Part shown: positions 25,916-37,530 of the stretch, piece after piece | Numbering within the stretch: position 1 is the stretch's first letter | Layout of the letters: each line of letters begins with the position of its first letter | Assembly (NCBI GenBank): GCA_012026655.1 | Contig: JAAILG010000060.1 | Span: 1-64,000 of the forward strand | DNA length: 64,000 nucleotides | Direction of reading: 5' to 3' | From: Hydrolagus affinis | Taxonomy: Eukaryota | Position numbers and translations under genes: made by a program | The notes under the pieces: model-generated | What the model was told of the DNA's origin: nothing | Seen by the model: only the letters and a program-made list of their open reading frames with translations | Databases searched by the model: none

Positions 25916-26079
25916 TTCAGTGACTGAACTATTTTTTTTAAAAAGTGTTATTATTCCTGGAAAAGCAATATGCCAATTGACAAACAATTCTTATTATCTA
26001 AGAATAATGGAGTAACGGCAAGGGTGAGTATGAGTGCAAGTAACTGCATTTTTAGGTGAAATGAATGTAGCAGCCCATC

Positions 26080-26565
26080 TGCAGATAGCAATGTCCTGCA
26101 AACAGCCATGAAGCAAATGACACCATTTAATATGGGACAATGCGATCTTTGACATCCCCATGAATGGACAAAAGATCCAGCTGATCCAATACCCTGCCTC
26201 CCATATAGGCACCCGCCTAAACTTTGTACCCCCATCACACCAGTTTTAGCCAGGATCCACTTGCTCCCTAACACTGAAAAGATTGCTTTCAAGATCCTCA
26301 CACTCATTTTCAAATCTCTTCATGCCCTGGCATCTGACTAGCTCTCCGACCTGCTTACTTCCCAATCCACCATGCACAGCCTCTGCACCTCCCGCTCTAC
26401 CATCAGTGGTCACACTTTTAGCCACTACTTTCAGCCCTGAAACTCTGGAACACTCTTTCTCCTCCTTGCTCTTCTTCAGATGGTGCCTGAAGACCTCCCG
26501 GCTTGCCACTGTCAAGTCTCTAGGACTCTAACCTGCATGAGGAGCAATAAATGCAAGTTGTTGGT
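26080..26565 (+). mobile_element. L2 fragment, degraded
   Basis: CCCATCACACCAGTTTTAGCC..ATCCAC..GCTCCC...TTCAAGATCCTCACACTCATTTTCAAATCTCTTCAT (ITPVL..LHWLP...FKIL) and CTCTGGAAC. Confidence 0.75.
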
Positions 26566-26707
26566 GCTGTCAAGAATTAGCCCCTTGAACATTTGCAACA
26601 GTCAAAGTAAATTCATGTTTCCTGTTTTTCTTGATTCAATATTTCTTCATTTATAGCAAAATAAAATTGGGTTGGCCAGCCAAAAATGTCAGCCACCAGT
26701 GCCCTAG

Positions 26708-26710
26708 AAT

Positions 26711-26741
<31 letters not shown>
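26708..26741. repeat. (TA)n microsatellite
   Basis: Interrupted ATATAT run. Confidence 0.9.
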
Positions 26742-28049
26742 GACATTTGAACCTACAACCTTATTACTCAGAGGAAAGAGTACCACCAACTGAGCCAGGC
26801 TAGCACCTTAATAATGCCAGCTTCCATATAAATTGAGGCTGGGTTCCATGTGGCTATGATTTACATACAACCAACGATGAGATGTCAGGTAACAAATCTT
26901 ACGGTGTGATCCCTGAGCTCTCTTCTCATTTGTGAGGTTAATAATCCGTGCTTCTTTTCATCAGCAGTTTTGTTCATGGTTTGTTTTCTTCATAATTCTA
27001 AATGTGTCATTCAAACTCATCAGCTCCAGCACCTGTATTGTGCAGGACCCTGGATTTGAGACTGACTTCTTAAGAGCAGCTTCATGACCTAGAGGTTGAA
27101 TGCACTGTACTGTATTTGTGGATCTAAACAAGTTGTCTTGTTATTTTATGACTTGTTGGGCTAATATATTGGTGTTTTTATTTGATGAAGCATGTGGTTC
27201 ATACAACTTTGGGTGTGGGTACTATTTTCTATTTTACTGGCTATTTGCTAAATGTCATCTGCATTAACAAAGGTCAAGTGACTCATTAACCATTGTTAAG
27301 GTGATACTAGCAGAATTCAGCATCGGCTGATTTAAAGGGACGCTGTACTCGTGGAACAATGCATTTCCTTTTGATTGAGGGTGGAAAACAGCCAGAGATG
27401 CTGTTGTTCTTGACCTGACAACACTACCCCCCCACACACACACGCATGCATGCATACTCATCAGGTAATGGCAGATTAATGTGGTTTACATCACAGCATC
27501 ATGCTTGCAAAATTTGAAACAGTGTGCCAATGCTTGCTGGTTCACAATGTTAATGATTATATTTATGCAACGCCTGTAACAGCAAAACATCTCACAGTGC
27601 TTCACAGGTAATTGCTGTCAAGTGTGCAGTGACTGTATTTATCAGCAACTGAGGCAGCAAATTTGTGGAATGAAGACGGTTCACAATGAGTTTGCCACAA
27701 AGTGGACAGAGTCAGGTTTAAACCAAATGTGTCTAACCATGAACTTCTTTTCTTACTTGACAGTAGTTTTATGGATTTCACTGTGACCTACAGTACTACC
27801 CATTCCCTTATTAGGAAATCCCATTTGAAATGGTTATATTTGCTTCTTGCCTATGTATTTCCACCAAAACATAATCACAAACTGTACCCCAATGTTACCT
27901 TGGAACAAAGGTCAGGCTGCAATTTTTTTTAAAAAGATCATTAAAATGTGTAATAGGTAACATTTAAGTATCCTTTCAATTTTCCCCTCGCTGGGTGAAA
28001 ACTAGTCGCACTTGGGGGAGGGGGGGGAGACAGAATTTTAACTTCACTT

Positions 28050-28092
28050 TGCTTAAGGCGCTTTATAAGTTTAAGTTGTTGTTGTTGTTGTT
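28050..28092 (+). mobile_element. L2-type 3' terminus with (GTT)n
   Basis: AAGGCGCTTTATAAGTTTAA(GTT)n. Confidence 0.55.
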
Positions 28093-28789
28093 GCTCCAAT
28101 CTGGACTGATACTGATGGAAGATCAGTGTTTCCTCTTCAGAAAACCAACATCAGATGGATTATGTAAACTGCTTCATTTACAATTAACTGTTTGAAGGGT
28201 AAAAGGTTGCTGGAAGTGCCCAAGATCAAATGAGCATCAAGATTCATTTGCAGCATCTGCTCCCAGGTGCTTTTTAGATTTTGTCCTTTCCCCTCACTCT
28301 CCTCTCCACTGGTCTGTTGAAGAGAGCTGTTGAAGAGAGCTGTACCATCATTTTACCCAAACTAGCTCCATTACACTGACAGAAATGTTGCTTGCAAAAA
28401 AAAATGTTTTTCCATTTGCTATTTGGCTCTTTTTAATTTCTTTCTTTCTCTGCATTTAGCTGTTTCGGACGCTTTTCAGTCTGACCATTGCCCAGGTCAG
28501 TTACCAGTTTCTCGCTGAGGTCAAGAACCCTCTCGTCTGGAGATCCAAATCGATCCTCCCGTGAATTGAAAACACCAATCCTCAAACTCAGTTTGGTATT
28601 GTTTGAGTGATAGTGAGCAGTCTGCTAATTGCCACATTCTGCCTAATCTCTTGCTGCCCACAAAGCTGCCTGAGGCTAACCACCATGAGGTGCCCCAGAT
28701 ACGAGACTCCCCTTGACTCTGCTTCCACCCCACTGGGAGCCATTGCATCCTTCATTCAGCTTCCCGCCTTTCTGAAGGTGTTAGTTTAT

Positions 28790-29030
28790 ATGAATTGTGC
28801 ATTTGATATAGTGGCTTATCACATTGTTCAAACATCTCAAGGCGCTTCACAGTACTTCACTGTGAAGTGTCATGACTGTGTATTTTGTAGGTGAACACGG
28901 CAGACAATTTGTGTACAGCAAAGTCCCGCAAATAGCCCACAACCATCCTTCACATAAATTGTTCACTTTTTACCTAGAGGAATGTTAGCCAGGATCCCAG
29001 GAAAAACTGTCTTCTTCTTGCGTAGTAATT
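28790..29030 (-). mobile_element. Deu-type SINE 3' part
   Basis: GCATTTGATATAGTG...CATCTCAAGGCGCTTCACAG...GAACACGGCAGACAATTTGTGTACAGC...TGTTAGCCAGGA. Confidence 0.7.
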
Positions 29031-29730
29031 TGCAGTTGAGACTAAGACACTGAACTCACAAAAGCCGCTCACTTAAAAACAACTGGACAATCAGCTCCTT
29101 ATATCTGCCTTTACTGTGAAGGCGAATGCACAAGAATGCGGCATGTCTGTACCTGCACAGTATAACTGCACAGAGCAAAATTACAGCAAGGAGCAGCTGG
29201 AGAATTTTGTCTTTGCTGCTGAAGTCAGTATTAACCACAACATCTAGTCCTTTAGGGGGAAACATGCCTGTGTGGCAAAAAATAGCAACAGCAAATTCAT
29301 CTCTGTCAGGTCTGATTAGGACCAAGTTTGGTTACATTTTCTGCAGAGGCATTTTCTGTTCACGATATTTAAGTGGCTGATGTTTTTTTTTCGGAGTTTT
29401 ATATGAACCTCTATGACGCAAAGAGATTGATGAATTCACGTCAATTTATCCTAATATTAATTCCCAGTTGCTCATATTTCTACCATTAAAACAGCACCTT
29501 AAGGGCACCAGATAATAAACATTTCTACGAGGGTATAAGTTAAAACCTGTGCTTGTGGTATATTGTGAAATCACAATGAAAATGATGCTTCACTAAATAT
29601 TTATTGTCCTTGTATTTATGTTGAGCAAAGGAATTGGAGTGAATGTACAGTATATACACTTGAAATTCACCCATAGCACAACCGTGTGCATTGTACCATA
29701 CTGTGTATATTCTGACATTATCTCTTACTT

Positions 29731-29790
29731 TCAGCGCCTTGGGATGTCCTCCCAACGTGAAAGGCGCTATACAAATGTAATTTTGTTGTA
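29731..29790 (+). mobile_element. L2 3' terminus only (second subfamily)
   Basis: CAGCGCCTTGGGATGTCCTCCCAACGTGAAAGGCGCTATACAAATGTAATTTTGTTGT, matching the ends of the 21.5 kb and 60 kb copies. Confidence 0.8.
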
Positions 29791-29849
29791 CTGCTGGTGT
29801 GGGCTGTGAGAGCATGAATTCCAGATTGTGGCTGAGGGAGTACTGTACA

Positions 29850-30070
29850 AAGAAAGGATTCGGAAGAATTGCTTCTCCCAGAGGCCAGTCAGATTAAGGA
29901 TCGAGGTTGTTTAGAGCAGAGTTGATAGGGGCATTTAAAAGCAAATTAGACAAGCACATATGGAGAAAGAGCTTTGGAAAGTGCAGGAATATGTGAAGAA
30001 GTAAACACCAATGTGGAAAAAAAATGGGCTAAAATGGCTTCCTACTGTATTGTACATTTCTGTGGTTCTA
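29850..30070 (+). mobile_element. CR1 3' end, degraded
   Basis: TTCTCCCAGAGG...GCATTTAAAAGCAAATTAGACAAGCACAT (FKxKLDxHM-like)...ATGGGCTAAAATGGCTTCCTACTGT...TTTCTGTGGTTCTA. Confidence 0.65.
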
Positions 30071-31039
30071 TAAAAAACAATGATCCTTCAATTTGATATA
30101 GCATGGATTGCACTACAAATGATCCCAACGTCTAGTATTAGGAAAAGGGAAAATTATCTAGTTTTCTGCATCACCATGCAGTATCACTTGGATTGAACTT
30201 TCAGCTCATACCTTGCTAATCTCCGGAGTCACCTTCCTCTACCACTCCATCTCAACCCCTCTGTTGGTCTTTAAATTCTGCCATAAACACTACTCCATCA
30301 ACCTTACCTATTATTGTGCACGTTTCTTTTTCTCTCTATCTGCCAACCCCCCCAAACTTAAATAACTCTTGTCTTTTCACCATATCTGAGCTCACAGCTA
30401 AATGGCCATTTAGATAAGCCCTGAAGGGTGGCTGATGTGGTTTCCAATGGATGCCACCATATTCAGAGAATCTACACTTGTACATGGGACCATGCCTGGT
30501 TTGCAGAATGGCTTTCTGTTAATCTCTCTGGGGCTGGTCAGGAAGCACAGCTGCTGTTGAAAATGTGTCTTTTGAATCAAATAATCAGTTATTAATGTTG
30601 TGAAGAAAATGTGACTCTTTTAACCACCGGGGATGAATGAAGTGAAGCTGTATCATTGATGGATTTGCTGTGGAGGGCAATGCAATGAATTTTATTTCCA
30701 TGAGAGAATTATGTTCTGTCCCATGAGTAAGAATAAAAATTATCTTCCACTGCCCTCTATAGTGTAATGCATTACAACATTCACGAGGGTCTTATAATTA
30801 ACTCATTTTAGTATTAATTTAAATGTTATTTATTTTTTAATGTTTTAATGAGGACAATTACAAGCCCAAAGAGCATTTCTGTGCTTCCCCCAATGTTGTC
30901 TTGTGAGCTGCTACTTCCCCTTTAGAGGACTGTCCAGATCCCGCTGTTGAAATGTATTTTGATCGCGGATTAAGTATTGGGTCACCAGAGATGATATCAC
31001 TGTATTCGCCAGAGTCCAGGTTAAGGATTTTACTACTCA

Positions 31040-31250
31040 CCACCTGGTATATTGTCCCGGCAAACAATCCCCCGGATAAAGTAAGTCACTCACTTCATGA
31101 ATGTTTGTAGGACATTGCTCTGCATAAATTGGCTGTCACAACACACAGTCACTACACCCCAATAGGATAATCCAATAGGATAATCCTGTGAAGACCTTTG
31201 ACATGTCTTCAATGTTGTCATGAGTTGTGAAGTGAAATGCAAGCTTTTTT
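31040..31250 (+). mobile_element. Deu-type SINE 3' part
   Basis: GTCACTCACTTCATGAATGTTTGTAGGACATTGCTCTGCATAAATTGGCTG...CAGTCACTACAC...GTGAAGACCTTTGACATGTC. Confidence 0.6.
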
Positions 31251-31974
31251 CTTATTATGTACATTAACTTCACTGTAGGAAAAACAATACTCTCTACAGT
31301 ACAGGCTGCTAATCCAGTGTTCTAACGTGTCCCCAATTCCACATAATGGGGATATTAGTTTAGAATGCTGATACTGTACAAATATATTCCTATTTCCACC
31401 ATTGCACCCCACCCAAAAGTGATCTGCAGTAATAAAAGGAAAAATATAGTGAGAAATCCATCCAACTCTGCTGAATCCAGTTAATAAAACACAAATGCTC
31501 TATTCCAGCGAATGGCATGTGCTCCTGAATTGTGACTCCAGTTACTTTGTAACATCAACTGGCAACGACATGAAAGATCTCTCGTCCTTTGACTCTTATT
31601 TCACCTATCTGGGGTCAATTTCCAAAAATTGACTGTGAATTGTAGGTAATTAGATTAGTAACAAAACACCCAAATTCTTACTCCTGTGCAATAATATTTG
31701 GAAACATTGCAGAACCAGTAAGAAGAAACTTCTCAAAGGAACATTTATGCCGCTGAAATGTTTTGACTGAACATTTCTTCAGTTTCTTGGGACTGGGTTA
31801 AAGGGGAACAATCTCCAAGAATATGTGCTCAATAATAGCTTTGTCTCCAGCTCCAAAGATTATGTCAAATGTACATCACTGTGACGTTGCTGGGGGTAAT
31901 AATTCTTTTAAAAAATAAATAATAATTTGGTCACTCAATCCACAACTGTTTGTTGATAAAAACAACTGATAGTT

Positions 31975-32180
31975 CAGTACCTTGGGAGATCATTTTGACA
32001 TGAGAGGCGTTATACAAGTGTAATTTTATTGTTTTTGGTGTTTGTGGGACATTGCTATCTGCAATTGACTGTCGTGTTTTGTCCACAAAATATACAGTCA
32101 AGTCACTTTAAAGTATATTTTGAGAAGCACTTTGAGATGTCTTTGATATAATGTGATAAGGTATAAATGCAAGGATGGTT
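31975..32180 (+). mobile_element. L2 tail followed by SINE 3' part
   Basis: CCTTGGGAGATC...GAGAGGCGTTATACAAGTGTAATTTT, then TTTGTGGGACATTGC...ATATACAGTCAAGTCACTTTA...AAATGCAAGGAT. Confidence 0.6.
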
Positions 32181-32559
32181 CTTGAATGGAACCTTCCTTG
32201 TTCCTATTTGACAGTCGGGATATCTCAGCTGAGCTACCTTATTGCTGTCCCCAATGATCATGCGAAAGTTTCAACCGATGGGCTCAATTGAAAAGGAGCA
32301 GAATTCTTCGAGTCCATTTGGATTGTCTCTTTTCCATCAGCAAAGGGGCTCTCATAGTGTTTGTAGAGAAACAACCTCAATTGGCTTCATGCTTCACTTA
32401 TTCCATATTCCATGACAAATTCCATACCATGAAGTGATAATTTACTGTAACAACATTTTATCCGCAGTTAGTTATTCTGCCCTTGGGGATTGAAACTACC
32501 CCTAACATTCATTAATAAAACCTGGTACTTGCACTGGAAAGCATTCACCTCAGCAGGAG

Positions 32560-32830
32560 GTACAGCGGGGCCCACTGTGACTTCTTTTCTCTCCAGTCTT
32601 GGCCGCATTGTTATCTTACTTTAACAGGCTTTTGCCTCTTTAAATTGTGCCGTGCGGCATCTCTGCTGCACGTCTGCGTCACCTAGCACTGGCACCTGTG
32701 CAATTTATCAGTGAATGAACGCAAAGTATTTTAAAAGCTGCATCTATCTTAATCGCCCACGGCTTGAGCTCAATACTGCGAGCGCTCTCCCCACACAAAG
32801 GGAGTCTGAGAGTTGCCCTGGGTGAGGAAG
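32560..32830 (+). promoter_or_regulatory. Candidate promoter / first non-coding exon
   Basis: No repeat recognised; locally raised CpG density (about a dozen CpGs in about 280 bp); CACGTCTGCGTCA (CRE-like); possible donor TGG|GTGAGG after 32821. Inference only. Confidence 0.25.
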
Positions 32831-34029
32831 GGCATCGACTGTTTGATCTATGTATTTCCAAGTACAGTAGAATGACAGTGGTTGAGTAATGTTGACAGCA
32901 AGTCATTTTTCTTTAGAACAAGAATCTTCCCACTGAATACTGCAGGTGCAGCCTTGCTATCCCCAGACTTTCTATTACACAACTTGGGAAAACTTGAGAG
33001 TGGAGTGGAGGGGCAGAAACCTTTCAGATATAAACACACAAAAAAAAATTGGGGGGGCGGTGTCGTAACATTCACTCAAAATGAGAAATAAAATTCAGCG
33101 ACGGTAATCAATAAATACCTCAGTCGACTCCATTTCCTTCTGAGATAAAAAAGAAAACAAGTTGCTTTTAAACTCCTTTGTACCGTCTTAAATAAAAGAA
33201 GTGCCTTGTGCAGCAGAACATTGCAGGCAAAGGAGAAAATGTGGAATTTTCAGCACATCTGTGAGAGTGTGGTTTAGAAATGCAGTGGTGCAAGCTGCAG
33301 GATATATGACCACGGGGCCTTTCCAGCTTGAGACCTTATCTTTATTCAAAGGCTCTTCTCACGCAGCCAAGTGCACAGGAAGTCTCTGTAGTCTTAAGCT
33401 AATACTGCAATGTGATTGAGTTATTCTTACATAACAGCTCACTTGCTGACAAAATGCTGGCTTTTCTTGAGAAACTGGTACTTTGTGAATTGTATTGCGA
33501 CTATTGCATGGGGTGTGAAGGCACTATATTTCACTCACTCCTAGGGACTCAGCCGCTCACAAATTATGAGAAGAATAAATTCAGCGACTCATCGAAATGA
33601 TGGAACTTAGTGTTTTCATTTAAAACTGTCCTGAAAATATTGTTTTTAAAAATATATATTTCAAATTTATTTTGCCTTCTAGAAGAAGTACTCATTCCTT
33701 CTGACAGTGTTTTAAGATCTTGTTCTCCCATTGAATGACATTTTAAAAACTCTGGATCAAGCGTTTGGGTAGAAGTTAATATTTAAGTGATTGTGAGAGT
33801 TTTATTTCCCCTGATCTGAAATGTAGTTGAAGATGTTTCACTAAAGTGGTAGAAATCAATGTTGGAGAGTGATGTTGCTTATTTTCCTTCCCTCTCCTAT
33901 AATTCAATAGGTAATAGTGCCATGAGGTGCAGCACTGATATTTCTTGGCTGTAGGTTAAGCTGTATGGGCACAGGTTCGTTTAGCTCAGGTGCCATTACA
34001 GAGTCAACCTAGACTCTTACGTTTGATGT

Positions 34030-34415
34030 CCTGATGTGACTCTTGAACCTCAGGACATCCGACTCGGAGAGAGTGCCAGCAACAGAACTAGTTTGGCACC
34101 TTGATATTATATTCAGGAATATTACAATAATAATCCTTGCATTTTATGTAGCACCTTATCTCATTGTGCAGATATCTCAAAGTGCTTCACAGAATATACA
34201 ATAAAGTGTAGTGACTGTATTTTATGGGTGAAACTTGGCAGCTAGTTGCACAGAGCGATGTGCCATGGAGTGAGCAACTAATTTTATTTGGGGGATTGTT
34301 GCCCAGGACACTGTGAGAAACTTCATGCTCTTTTTGAACAGTGTCATGGGATCTGGAACATCCACCTGAACAGGCAGCTGAGACCTTGGTTTAACATATA
34401 TCATTGGAAGGATGG
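34030..34415 (-). mobile_element. Deu-domain SINE fragments
   Basis: Antisense head CTTGAACC...GACTCGGAGAGAGTGCC, then a tail-to-core fragment AATAATAATCCTTGCA...CAGTGTCATGGGATCT..ACATCCACCTGAACAGGCAG..GACCTTGGTTTAAC. Confidence 0.75.
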
Positions 34416-35059
34416 ACTGAAAAAAGCAAGGTGGAGATATAAGTTACTACATGACTGATAAGATTGCATCACCAAAAAAACCCCATAGAAATGATGCTTT
34501 CAAGGAGAACTGAAAGACAAAATAATTGGTTCTGTGAAATCTGTAGCATTTAATTGTGGGCATCACACTCAGACTGCATCTCTTGTTCAATTTAAATTCC
34601 ATCCTTCAGGAGTAAATTAGGATCTTTGCTCCTTAGGGAAATATGGGACCGAGCTCTTGTCCCCAGGGGAACAGTGGAATCAGTGAAGCCCGTTGTGGCC
34701 AATTTTTGATTCCGGTGTGTACTCCATCCTCACTCCTTTTGCCAAGCGTTATTGAACACGAGTCTCATGATGCTCTTCAGCAATTAAAAAGATGATATCT
34801 TTTCAGAAAATGTGAAGCATGTAACATTTACTGATACCGTACTCAATAATGCGTCTCCCCATTTTGTTTCCAGTGACCCATTCCCTTTGTGCTATATTTC
34901 TTGGAATTCTCATTGATCCCCAAACCCACAATAGGTTGATGTGCTTGAGTACAGTTTAAATGCAGGTTTACACCCTCTCTCCCACACACACCACTTTCCT
35001 CAAAGGCTCAGTTGGCAAACTCAACTGTCCAGAGCAAATTGTTTCTTACAGAACCAGCT

Positions 35060-35380
35060 CATTCCCCAGTGTGTGCTGAATTAGACACTCGCAGCCAAGG
35101 TGGGAGGAAAGACCTGTAATTGGTCTTGGTTTCCCTTGGTTAGAATATGAAAAATGAGCAAGCATTCCCATTTCTGAGCTCTGTGCCATACTGGAAATTT
35201 GTCTGCACGTGAATCCTGGTCAATGAGAGCATAGTACTCCAACATGATGTTTTTTCCCTCGTACCCCTCAACACATCTTCTCGACCCCTCCTTAATGAAC
35301 AATTACTCAGACAGGATACCAGACGATAGACAGCACACTTGAGATCAGACGTCCCCATGAATCAGGGCCTTTTGGAGAAC
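35060..35380 (+). mobile_element. Ancient LF-SINE-like element
   Basis: TGTGCTGAATTAG...AATTGGTC...AAAAATGAGCAAGCATTCC...CATGAATCAGGGCCTTTTGGAGA; shares motifs with 46862-47100. Confidence 0.4.
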
Positions 35381-35944
35381 AGCTATGAGCAAATTACACA
35401 AGCAGATAAAAGATCGCATGTAAAAGCAGGATTGCGTTACTATGTTTAAGACTATAAGACTGACATATGATCTGGGTGAGATGTACAATCAGGTATATCT
35501 CACAGCCTGAGGTGCGATCCATTTAGAAATGTAGAATGTGAGTCGATTTCTTCACTGAAGGATTAATCTTTTATTCTTAACATTTGAAGCTCAGAATTAA
35601 TGGCAATCACAAAACATGTCTAATTTTTAGCAGTTTGTTTTATCATAAATCCTTGGGTTATGTTGGAGATTGTTGCTTGTCAGGGTGAATAATGGAACAG
35701 GATGGGAACTGATAACCAGACTCAGAAATAGAATCACATCCAGTTCTGAATGGCAAAGTTTTTTTTTTACGAAACTCGTGTTAATGAAGGTTCAGTCTCT
35801 CCATTGGGGAAAAGAAAAAGCCTGCTCAGAATGGAGAAAAATTGTGCCGACAATATTTCACTGTGTCGCTACCAGTACACATCACACACCCCAAGACGAA
35901 ACACACACACAGACATGTGTTTTAAAATTATTTTAAATAGTATT

Positions 35945-36050
35945 TACAATAATCCTTGGTTTTAATACAGCATCTTAACACATTGAAATTTCTCAAAGAG
36001 TTTCACAGTATTTGCTGTAAAGTGCAGTGACTGTGTTTTGTTGGCAGATT
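35945..36050 (-). mobile_element. SINE 3' fragment
   Basis: AATAATCCTTGG...TCTCAAAGAGTTTCACAG...GTAAAGTGCAGTGACTGTG. Confidence 0.6.
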
Positions 36051-36064
36051 TTAAACTTTAGCTT

Positions 36065-36580
36065 GCTTACCTGACTGTGCCAACGCCCTGCTTGTCGGTC
36101 TTCCCTCCACAATCTACAGATCATCTAGAACTCTGCAGCTTACATTCTCTCCTGCGCCAGGTTCCGTAAACCCATTACACCCATCCTCACACAGCTCCAC
36201 TGGCTGCTCATCCCTCAGAGGATCGAGTTCAAAATTCTCATCCTCACCTTCATCTTCTACCACTCCAACCTCAGCAGACCTATTCCACCTCCCCCGCCTG
36301 GCCAACCCACCATCGGCAGTCGGGCCTTTAACATCTCTGACCCCACCCTTTAAAACTCCAACCCACATTCCTTTCGCCTCACTTCCTCCTTTGCCTTCTT
36401 CAACGCATGCCACAAGATCCTCCTCTTCGACCGTGCCTTCGGTATACCGTCTCTGCCCTCCACCCTCCCTGATCCCAATCCCCCACCCACTATCCCACTC
36501 AGGTTCTAACCCTGACTGTTCAGTGCCTTGGGACATCCTCCCAACTTGAAAGGTGCTTCACAAATATAATTTTGTATTCT
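36065..36580 (+). mobile_element. L2 3' fragment (second subfamily)
   Basis: CTACAGATCATCTAGAACTCTGCAGC (LQIIQNSAA-like), CTCCACTGGCT...AGGATCGAGTTCAAAATTCTC, and 3' UTR CAGTGCCTTGGGACATCCTCCCAAC.TGAAAGG. Confidence 0.85.
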
Positions 36581-36788
36581 ATTTAACGACCATTTGTTTT
36601 AAAGGTTATGGATAACCAGAATGTCTGTCTGCCTTATAGTAATGTGTTACCACAAGCTGTTGTTGACAGAATAGCCAAATGAGTTCAATAGCCAGCATCA
36701 AAAAGGCCCCTTTATTCAAACCTTTTCAATAAGCACATACTTCATGGAATCGAACAAATGTTCCTCTAAAAAGTTAATAAAATAAATT

Positions 36789-37058
36789 AACAACAACAAC
36801 TTCGATAGTGCCCTCCACGCCGGACGGCGTCTCAGAGCGCTTCACAGTAGTGGATTCCGGGACTGAGCCAGGGACAAGGGTAGAAAGGTGACCAAAGGCG
36901 CGGTAGAAGAGAAAGGTCTTTAGCTGTGACCTGAAACTGGGAAGAGAGGGGGTGAGGCAAAGGGAGTGAGGAAGGGAATTCCAGAGCCTTGGGGCATGGT
37001 GGCTGAAGGCACAGCCGCCGAGAGTGGAGCAGAGGATTCAGGGGACATGGAGGAGGAA
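36789..37058 (-). mobile_element. L2 3' end, young
   Basis: (AAC)n...GCCCTCCACGCCGGACGGCGTCTCAGAGCGCTTCAC...GGGAATTCCAGAGCCTTGGGGCATGGTGGCTGAAGGC; very similar to 63485-63735. Confidence 0.9.
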
Positions 37059-37436
37059 CATAATCATAAGAGTAATAATCGTTTCATTTGATATAATGCC
37101 TCATCATTTTGTACAAACGACTCAAACCACTTCACAAGATTTTGCTCTGAAGGGCAGTAACTGTGTAGGATTCCAATTGATGGTATTCCCATTAAAAGGA
37201 CTTGTGTTCTCGAAGATCTTGACTGGCAGATCAGGTCAACTGGGAAATATGATAGATTGCTATGAATTTATAAAAATACTTGAAATGCGCTATTACCAAT
37301 GAGAAATTGTTTATTGATGTACATCTCCATTAGGTATTAATTATCCTTTTTCTTCTTTCATATCTCCCTTTCCTCTTACACATTTAGATCTTGTTCTTTC
37401 CTTCCTTCCTTCCCTCCCCCGTCGCTCTACTGTCAG

Positions 37437-37530
37437 ATTTCTCAGCAGCCAACACTGGCATAATGGACAGAGCTTCAAGGCTGCTACTCAGCCTTGTGAT
37501 TCTGTGGAAGTCCAGTGCTGTGTGTTGCAG
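37437..37530 (+). CDS. Candidate first coding exon encoding a signal peptide (ATG at 37463; MDRASRLLLSLVILWKSSAVCC-R/S); gene unidentified
   Basis: Long polypyrimidine tract plus CAG acceptor ending at 37436; strong Kozak context (ATAATGG: A-3, G+4); basic n-region, hydrophobic core LLLSLVILW and small-residue c-region; CAG|GTACCA donor, phase 2. No homologous downstream exon was recognised. Confidence 0.4.

Noticed and set aside
28530-28660. Possible Harbinger C-terminal remnant on the minus strand (AH...IGVFNSR)
   Set aside because: Similarity is too weak, spacing is off and there is an in-frame stop.
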